Under the pieces are notes generated by a model. The model made no database searches. It worked only from the letters and a program-made list of their open reading frames with translations, and was not told the DNA's origin. Below, piece after piece: positions 35,591 to 41,666 of a stretch of DNA of 41,666 bases (its first letter is position 1; each line of letters begins with the position of its first letter). Position numbers and translations under genes: made by a program. The stretch lies in the IMG/VR virus record IMGVR_UViG_3300031673_000156. The stretch is one strand, 5' to 3'. Origin of the DNA: a virus.

Positions 35591-36639
35591 TCCCGGCTAT
35601 AACCTTCAGCGGGCACCCCACGGGTATCGGCTGGTTTGCCTTGATTCATCCGCACAGGCCTTAGTTTGGCTTTCGCTCGCTTAGGCTTGGTGGTTGATTT
35701 AGAAGTTTTTTGGCCGCCTTCTTCGACCGAGAACGACTTCAAACCGCAATCCTTGCAAACATTGGTGTTCTTCTTGAACTTACCCCCACAATGTTGGCAC
35801 TCTGGATTCTTAGCGTTGTAGGTTTTGGTATGTAAGACAGAAATGTGACGACCGAATTCATCGATCTGATCGTTCATATACCAGAACAACAAACGAAATT
35901 GGTATGGAATCTTAGGTAGAACCTCTTCCAATTTTTCATCGTCCACGTCTAATTCTTCGTTGACGAAGGCCTTGCGATCTTTTGGCTTGATTTTCTTCTT
36001 CAACTTTTCAGCGTAGAACTTCGGGTCAATCAAAACAGCGTCCGTTTTGATGCAAGAGGTCAAAAGTTTGCGGAACCTAGCCGGGACTTCAGCCGCTTTG
36101 TCCATTAGTTCTTCCGCCGTCAACGGCTCTATTGCAAATTTGAAATCCGTCTTGAGGAACACCCGGAAATCGTCTATCAGCATCGCTCGGTGGAAGAAGC
36201 GGCCACGTTTTACCACTACACCTCTATCCTCCAGCTTACCCCTTATGGACGCCTTGACTTCAGCTTCTTGAGCTTGCAACCCAGCTAACGCTCGTTCATA
36301 GCGCTCTTTTAAAGCGTTCACCTTCAAGTCTATTTTATCAAGCTCGGCACAACCAGCACCCACCGCCAACTTGACCTTCGCAGGGATATTTTTGTTGACC
36401 TTGACAATGTCGTAGAAAACCACGTAGCCTGTTTTTTGATTGCCGACCTTGGGCAGCTTTTTGACGGTATGGGTCGAGCGCATAAGCTTATCTTTTTCGT
36501 CATGCTCAAATTCCACCCCACGAGACGCAAGCAGCCCCACCGCTTCCCTGTAGATCGTATATAGTTGATAACCCTCGTCGGTCTTTTCGTAACCTACGTA
36601 ATACTCTAGTTTTAGTGCTGGTTTCGTCTTCGCTGTCAT
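35587..36639 (-). CDS. Hypothetical protein with C-terminal zinc ribbon (CQHCGGK...CKDCG) and basic tail
   Basis: Start at ATG MTAKTKP, with SD GGGGGC upstream; the track's earlier start is TTG. 350 aa. Confidence 0.6.
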   Translation of the reverse strand: MTAKTKPALKLEYYVGYEKTDEGYQLYTIYREAVGLLASRGVEFEHDEKDKLMRSTHTVKKLPKVGNQKTGYVVFYDIVKVNKNIPAKVKLAVGAGCAELDKIDLKVNALKERYERALAGLQAQEAEVKASIRGKLEDRGVVVKRGRFFHRAMLIDDFRVFLKTDFKFAIEPLTAEELMDKAAEVPARFRKLLTSCIKTDAVLIDPKFYAEKLKKKIKPKDRKAFVNEELDVDDEKLEEVLPKIPYQFRLLFWYMNDQIDEFGRHISVLHTKTYNAKNPECQHCGGKFKKNTNVCKDCGLKSFSVEEGGQKTSKSTTKPKRAKAKLRPVRMNQGKPADTRGVPAEGYSRD

Positions 36640-36770
36640 GCTTGCCCCCAAAAAGGTTACCTCACAAAACCCTTTTCGGTTCTATAGCGAAATCACTTTA
36701 GCATTTTTTACGGATTTGTCTTACAAAATATATAAGATGTTGTTTTTATTAGGTAGGGGAAGGGGCCGCA

Positions 36771-36836
36771 ATTTGAGTGGGAATACACTCAAATTGTGCC
36801 GATGTGCGGTATTTTGAGTGTACTTCTACTCAAAAA
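36771..36836. promoter_or_regulatory. Two adjacent TTGAGT(G)-N6-8-(C)ACTCAA hairpins/palindromes in the upstream region of gene 35587..36639
   Basis: atttgagtg-ggaata-cactcaaat (36771-36795) and ttttgagt-gtacttct-actcaaaa (36812-36835). Confidence 0.5.
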
Positions 36837-36867
36837 GATTAATACGTGAACCCATATTAATCTTTTT
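36835..36867. terminator. Bidirectional AT-rich hairpin terminator downstream of gene 36870..37412
   Basis: 10-bp stem aagattaata/tattaatctt flanked by A-runs and T-runs on both sides. Confidence 0.5.
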
Positions 36868-36869
36868 AG

Positions 36870-37412
36870 CTAGCTAAGAGAAGATAGTGGCTCTACTACA
36901 GAGGAGGCTTTTACCTTAGCTTCTTTTTTCTTAGACTTTCGTTTGGTGGTGTGTTTGGTTTTCGATCCTTTAGGCCGCCCGGTTTTCTTCTTAGCTTTGA
37001 CGGTATCGTCGATAGCTTTGATTATTGACTTGGTTAAGACTGGGCTAGCGTCAGTGGTTTTCTCGCTAGGTACTAGGACTGCATGAGAAGCTTTTACGGT
37101 TGGGAATTCCTTTTCGGTGATCTCTTTGACTACTTCGATAGCGTTGTCTACGGCTTGAGCCAAAGTTGTTTCGACTACACTAACTTTTTCAGCTTTGACA
37201 TCGAGCATCACCAGAGCTAATTGGTAAGCTGTTTGCCCGAGCATTTTAAAATAGTCGGTGTTGTAAGAGTTGGGATTCTTGGCGATCATCCCGCTGATAA
37301 TTACGCCTACCATTTGATCTACATATTGAGCTTCTGCTACCGTAAGTTCACGCATACCCGTTCTCCGTATAATTCTTTTGAACATCCTTACTTTTAGATA
37401 ACAGAGGAGCAT
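36870..37412 (-). CDS. Hypothetical protein with Lys-rich AT-hook-like C-terminus (KKKTGRPKGSKTK)
   Basis: 180-aa ORF with SD AAGGGGA 9 nt upstream of the ATG at 37412. Confidence 0.6.
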   Translation of the reverse strand: MLLCYLKVRMFKRIIRRTGMRELTVAEAQYVDQMVGVIISGMIAKNPNSYNTDYFKMLGQTAYQLALVMLDVKAEKVSVVETTLAQAVDNAIEVVKEITEKEFPTVKASHAVLVPSEKTTDASPVLTKSIIKAIDDTVKAKKKTGRPKGSKTKHTTKRKSKKKEAKVKASSVVEPLSSLS

Positions 37413-37443
37413 CCAAAATTTCCCCTTCGTGAGGTTCCCTAAT

Positions 37444-37839
37444 ATGGGTGACGTAACTTATGTTCAGCAATTAGAAATCGTAGCTGGTAAAAGTCCCGGT
37501 AGTGCTGGGGCGGCTATTAGAGAAAAAGACTTTGAAATATCCCCCGCTGAAGTCTTAGAATTTTCAAACATCAATGAAAGCTCTTCCCACCGATACGTGA
37601 TCGAAGACGGCACGGTAGATTCCGATCTATGTGCTGGTACTATCGCTTTGATTAAAGTTATGGTGATCCGCCCGGACGCTGACTTGGATGTCAAGTTGGT
37701 GAATGCCGCTGGAACATCTCAAAACATCACATTTACCGGAGGTCGTACCTCGATCATCCACGCCAACCTTACCCAAATTTTAGTCTCGAACTCGTCTGGG
37801 GATGCCGTAAAAGGGATCTTTTTCGTTGCTGGTGACTAA
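37444..37839 (+). CDS. Hypothetical protein
   Basis: ORF with an ATG at 37444 preceded by GAGGT (9-nt spacer). The track start at 37429 is GTG. Confidence 0.5.
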   Translation: MGDVTYVQQLEIVAGKSPGSAGAAIREKDFEISPAEVLEFSNINESSSHRYVIEDGTVDSDLCAGTIALIKVMVIRPDADLDVKLVNAAGTSQNITFTGGRTSIIHANLTQILVSNSSGDAVKGIFFVAGD

Positions 37840-37881
37840 AACATTTCTATAGTGTTACAATTTAATCGAAAGGGTTTCTTA

Positions 37882-38157
37882 ATGGCCAACCTTAAAGCCG
37901 TTCAACCCATTGCGGACACGCCCGAATTTCCACCCGAAGTCATCGAGAAGATGAAAAACCAAGTCAAATTACTCCACGAAGGTTTCATCGTCTATATCAA
38001 AGACGTGAAGGACAGCAAAGAAGATTCGAACCATGTGACCGTGAAGGTGACCCTACTCTCTAAAGTCAATACTATGTCGGTCTTTGGGGATATCGAACTA
38101 AGGTTCACCAAACAAGCGATACCAATGCTCAAGCAACAATTGAGCAAGGTTAGCTAG
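37882..38157 (+). CDS. Hypothetical small protein
   Basis: ATG at 37882 (MANLKAV) with AAAGGG 8 nt upstream. The longer track ORF begins at GTG 37852. Confidence 0.5.
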   Translation: MANLKAVQPIADTPEFPPEVIEKMKNQVKLLHEGFIVYIKDVKDSKEDSNHVTVKVTLLSKVNTMSVFGDIELRFTKQAIPMLKQQLSKVS

Positions 38158-38212
38158 CCATAGTTAATTTGGAGACTAAGGCTATACCCTAATCTCCAAT
38201 ATTGGCGTTGAT

Positions 38213-40783
38213 ATGAGCATTCGATTTTCCGGCATTTTGACGATCGATACCGTAACGGTAGTAACATCGCCTTATGTAGTAGAAGCTACATTTTCCGATT
38301 CGAGGGGCTATTTCGATGAAACTTTGATTGCTGTCGATAACGTGATTATCGACGCAAACAAAAATCGTTATGTAGTCACCGACGTTACTAGCGTTACACC
38401 TTTGATCCTAGAATTAGAGTGGGACGACCTCGATGCGCCCGCCCAACCCACCACGGGCGATGGTATTATCGGTGTGGTTTCTTCCGCTAGGGAGCTTTTA
38501 GAAGTTACCCCGGACGCACCAACCGGTGTGGCAACCGCAGCCCGTAACATCGATTTCTTCAAAAACTTAGATACCACACCAGATCTAGTTACCGGACCCG
38601 CTGGAGTCGCCGGAGCTACCGGCTTTGGCTTCGGCCAACAAGGTCTCACCGGCCCTTCCGGCGCTACAGGTATCGCAGGTATCATAGGACCACAAGGTGG
38701 CACAGGGCTAGCGGGTGTGGCTGGTGTGGCGGGAGCCGTCGGGACCAAAGGCGCTACCGGTCTCGGTGGGACCAAAGGCGCTACCGGTACTAAAGGCAGC
38801 AACGGCACCCCAGGTGTTGACGGTGTAACAGGCCTTACCGGAGCCGTAGGAGCAATCGGAAGCACTGGTATGGTAGGTTCCCAAGGATCTCAAGGTCTCA
38901 CTGGAATTGACGGGACCAAAGGTGACACCGGAGCGGGCGGTTTGGTTGGCGACACCGGAGCGGGCGGCCAACAAGGCCTAACCGGATTATCAGGTTCCAC
39001 TGGTCTTCAAGGCGTCCAAGGCAACATAGGATCGCAAGGTACGACCGGAACAAGCGGTGCTACAGGATTACTAGGTGGCACAGGTTTAATAGGTCAAACA
39101 GGGGTTTCGATAACCGGCCCACGAGGACACACCGGACCTTTCGGTCCTACAGGTTTAGCGGGAAGCACCGGAAGCCAAGGTGATACGGGTTCTCTGGGAC
39201 TAAAAGGCGATACAGGCGTAGCGGGGACCAACGGCACCACCGGAGCGGGCGGCCAACAAGGGCAAACGGGAGCGTTAGGTCAAACCGGAGCCGATGGGGG
39301 TGTAGGCCAACAAGGTATCACAGGATTCGGCGGTACTACAGGCTTACTAGGAAGCACCGGAGCAACAGGAATCCAAGGGTCCGTAGGCCAACAAGGTCTC
39401 ACAGGCCCCGCAGGTGTAGGCGTAACAGGATCACAAGGTCAAACAGGTGCCGTAGTTCAAGGTGATACTGGAGTTTCGATAACCGGTCAGACCGGTTTGG
39501 CAGGACCGACGGGTAGTCAAGGATCGACAGGCCCGTTAGGTCTTGTTGGAGCCACCGGAGCAAGCGGCACCAAAGGCGATACAGGTACGATCGGCGTACA
39601 AGGAAATACAGGCCTTAGTTTGCAGGGAAGCACAGGCCTTCAAGGTTCACAAGGTACAACCGGATTCAATGGTAACGCTGGCTCTACAGGCGTAGCTGGC
39701 TTGCAAGGTGATACGGGTACAATAGGTGGTCAAGGCTCTGCCGGTGCTACAGGCGTTAACGGTCTTCAAGGGATAACTGGCGGTGTTGGTATTCCCGGTG
39801 AAACCGGAACACAAGGTGTAGTAGGAAATGCGGGAGCAACGGGTGTTGTCGGTACTCAGGGTATAACAGGATTAAATGGTACTACAGGTATAGTAGGTAG
39901 TACAGGTGCTACTGGAATTAGCGGAGCCACCGGAGCCTTTGGAGTAATCGGAGCTACCGGAAGTCAGGGCACCACGGGCGTAGCTGGAATCCAAGGAGCC
40001 CAAGGTTCCACCGGAGCCCAAGGCCAACAAGGAAATACCGGCCCAATAGGCACCACAGGTTCTATGGGTTCGCAAGGACAGCAAGGTCTGACCGGTGGAC
40101 TCGGGCTCCAAGGTTTGACGGGATTATTAGGCGGCACTGGCGTACAAGGTGGCGTAGGAGTTGATGGTACCACCGGGGTGAAAGGGCCTACAGGAGTACA
40201 GGGAGCGACGGGTCAACGAGGCTTCACAGGCATAGGCATTATAGGACCGCCAGGACCGATAGGCTCCACCGGATTCACTGGAACTACAGGTGTTCCCGGC
40301 GAAACTGGTGCTGGTTTACAAGGCCAAACCGGAGCGGGGGCCACAGGTCCAGAGGGTCACACAGGTGTCCAAGGAATTGCGGGAGCCACCGGCCCACAAG
40401 GTATAGCCAGAACCGCTTACAACTGGACGATCTCCAATAGTTCAGGTTTAATCGTTGGTACTTATATCGTTTACTTTGCGATGGAAGCGGTGACGATCGA
40501 CGAGGTCGTGGTGACGATGATTAATTCAGGTACAGGCGGCACCGGCGCAACCCACTTTGAATTCTATAAATTGGGAGCTTCCATTTTACCGACTTCACCA
40601 CCGGTCGGTACCGGCGACTTCACGGTCATCATCCCGGCAGCGGGCGTGACGGTTATGAACGGCACCAAAGTAACCACCTTAGCTTTAGGTTTGGCCCTAA
40701 ACGAATCTTTGGTAGTAGGGATCTCAGCGGCCCCGGACACCCCAGGTAATAACGCTTTGATTTCGATTCGAGCTTTGTTGTAG
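38213..40783 (+). CDS. Collagen-like (Gly-X-Thr rich) triple-helix repeat fibre protein with non-collagenous N- and C-terminal domains
   Basis: About 590 aa of uninterrupted G-X-Y triplets (GPAGVAGATGFGFGQQGLTGPSGATG...). They are flanked by a 130-aa N-terminal domain and a 120-aa C-terminal beta-rich domain (TAYNWTISNSSGLIVGTYIVYFAM...), as in phage and Bacillus BclA-type collagen-like fibres. Confidence 0.9.
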   Translation: MSIRFSGILTIDTVTVVTSPYVVEATFSDSRGYFDETLIAVDNVIIDANKNRYVVTDVTSVTPLILELEWDDLDAPAQPTTGDGIIGVVSSARELLEVTPDAPTGVATAARNIDFFKNLDTTPDLVTGPAGVAGATGFGFGQQGLTGPSGATGIAGIIGPQGGTGLAGVAGVAGAVGTKGATGLGGTKGATGTKGSNGTPGVDGVTGLTGAVGAIGSTGMVGSQGSQGLTGIDGTKGDTGAGGLVGDTGAGGQQGLTGLSGSTGLQGVQGNIGSQGTTGTSGATGLLGGTGLIGQTGVSITGPRGHTGPFGPTGLAGSTGSQGDTGSLGLKGDTGVAGTNGTTGAGGQQGQTGALGQTGADGGVGQQGITGFGGTTGLLGSTGATGIQGSVGQQGLTGPAGVGVTGSQGQTGAVVQGDTGVSITGQTGLAGPTGSQGSTGPLGLVGATGASGTKGDTGTIGVQGNTGLSLQGSTGLQGSQGTTGFNGNAGSTGVAGLQGDTGTIGGQGSAGATGVNGLQGITGGVGIPGETGTQGVVGNAGATGVVGTQGITGLNGTTGIVGSTGATGISGATGAFGVIGATGSQGTTGVAGIQGAQGSTGAQGQQGNTGPIGTTGSMGSQGQQGLTGGLGLQGLTGLLGGTGVQGGVGVDGTTGVKGPTGVQGATGQRGFTGIGIIGPPGPIGSTGFTGTTGVPGETGAGLQGQTGAGATGPEGHTGVQGIAGATGPQGIARTAYNWTISNSSGLIVGTYIVYFAMEAVTIDEVVVTMINSGTGGTGATHFEFYKLGASILPTSPPVGTGDFTVIIPAAGVTVMNGTKVTTLALGLALNESLVVGISAAPDTPGNNALISIRALL

Positions 40784-40806
40784 AAACCTTACGTACCAAT
40801 AAAAAT

Positions 40807-40847
40807 ATCCCGGCTTGGTAGGCTTCTACTGACCGGGATTTTTTTAA
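40807..40847 (+). terminator. Intrinsic terminator after the collagen-like gene
   Basis: atcccgg-(19-nt loop)-ccgggat hairpin followed by TTTTTTTT. Confidence 0.7.
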
Positions 40848-40940
40848 TTTTATAGCTTGAAAAAGCGGCCTCGACCTTTAAAAGAATAGTAGACGCTACT
40901 GATTTTCGTCTAAACTATTTAACGCTAGAAGGATACTACA

Positions 40941-41666
40941 ATGACTGCTACAAAAAAAGTTACCGACAAGAACACCAAGAAACAGATCTTAGATGTTTTG
41001 GCTGACACCCAAGCCGAACTCCGGGCTGAGAAGTCTAAGAGCGGGGTAAACAAGCGTGCTGATTTGAAAGTTGTACAAGAGCAAGAGGTCGTGGAAAAGG
41101 TCAAGGCAGCTTCGGTCGAAGAAACGATCAAGAACTTCCGGGTCGAGCTTAACAAAGGCCTAGCCGGTTTCGAACAAAAGCTCTTAGAGAAGCAAGAAGA
41201 GTTCGAAAATATCCAAGAAGCGATCGATATTCAAAAGACTAGCCTCAAAGACATCCACGAGATCAGCCAAGAAGCCGACACGCTGGATGCTTTGCTAAGA
41301 GCCCAAGAAAAACAAGAAGAAGAATTCAATAATTCCATGAATGAAACTCGGTTAGTATGGGGTAAAGAGCAACAAGACCATGCTAAGGAGCTTCAAGAAA
41401 AAGAAGCCGAGCTTCGGAAGACCCGCACCAGGGAGCAAGAAGAGTATTCTTACGATCAAAAGCTCAAAATCAAGAAGGACAAGGACACTTACGAGGCTGA
41501 AAAAGCTGTAAGAGAGAAAGCTCTTAAGGACCAAGAGCAAATCGTTTTGGCGGATCTCAAAATAAGAGAAGATGCTTTGATCGCCAAAGAAGAAGAAGTC
41601 GCTGCGCTGAAAGCTACGGCTGACAAATTTGAAGAAGTTAAGCTAGCAGCGGTAGAAGAAGCGGTA
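40941..41666 (+). CDS. Coiled-coil protein, 3' partial (runs off the window)
   Basis: ATG at 40941 with AGAAGGA upstream. 242 codons with no stop. Charged, highly helical K/E/Q-rich sequence. Confidence 0.6.
   Translation, partial: MTATKKVTDKNTKKQILDVLADTQAELRAEKSKSGVNKRADLKVVQEQEVVEKVKAASVEETIKNFRVELNKGLAGFEQKLLEKQEEFENIQEAIDIQKTSLKDIHEISQEADTLDALLRAQEKQEEEFNNSMNETRLVWGKEQQDHAKELQEKEAELRKTRTREQEEYSYDQKLKIKKDKDTYEAEKAVREKALKDQEQIVLADLKIREDALIAKEEEVAALKATADKFEEVKLAAVEEAV

Noticed and set aside
38368-40173. Minus-strand ORFs inside the collagen-like gene (38368..38865, 38708..38974, 39872..40111, 39964..40173) encoding Pro-rich peptides
   Set aside because: These are antisense artefacts of the GGN-rich collagen repeat. 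The sense-strand G-X-Y periodicity over about 590 codons is the real signal.
1-41666. CRISPR arrays, integrase/attachment site, transposase
   Set aside because: No regularly spaced short direct repeats with unique spacers. No tyrosine or serine recombinase or DDE transposase signatures in any frame. The genome looks like a virulent phage segment.

Overview
The window reads as a fragment of a large tailed-phage (Caudoviricetes-like) genome. Coding density is very high, most genes sit on the minus strand in tightly packed or overlapping operons, several gene pairs show overlapping stop/start codons (ATGA/GTGA), and a 3-gene tRNA cluster is present. There is no CRISPR array and no integrase or transposase.

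Layout:
- 1-1125: SPFH/band-7-like protein, 5' partial.
- 1.2-11.4 kb: minus-strand block of mostly unrecognisable proteins, probably virion or morphogenesis genes, including 535-aa and 745-aa proteins.
- 7.1-7.6 kb: a 168-nt coding tandem repeat lies directly after, and in frame with, the TAA stop of the 535-aa gene.
- 11.9-20.9 kb: DnaJ-like J-domain protein, a possible nucleoside-deoxyribosyltransferase-fold protein, a beta-clamp-like protein, a DnaB-family helicase and a 712-aa vWA (MIDAS) protein.
- 23.05-23.44 kb: tRNA-Phe(GAA), tRNA-Ile(GAU) and an atypical tRNA-Lys(UUU)-like gene, preceded by a sigma70-like promoter and a hairpin terminator.
- 23.7-30.5 kb: an accessory module bracketed by about 90-bp inverted repeats (about 85% identical). 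It encodes an RRM-type RNA-binding protein, a 5'-3' flap exonuclease, an AT-hook/Zn-ribbon protein, a subtilisin-like (S8) protease, a lipoprotein and a lambda-type Ser/Thr phosphatase with a substituted metal-ligand His.
- 30.5-31.7 kb: HNH endonuclease and SAM methyltransferase.
- 31.8-40.8 kb: host-interaction proteins, namely a LamG-like fibre protein, a parallel beta-helix (depolymerase or tailspike-like) protein and an 856-aa collagen-like G-X-T repeat fibre protein.
- 40941-41666: coiled-coil protein, 3' partial.

An 8-mer, CTACTACA, is strongly over-represented and recurs upstream of several gene starts. Three TGAGT-N-ACTCA palindromes are plausible operator sites. All functional calls come from reading motifs in the translated ORFs; no database search was possible.
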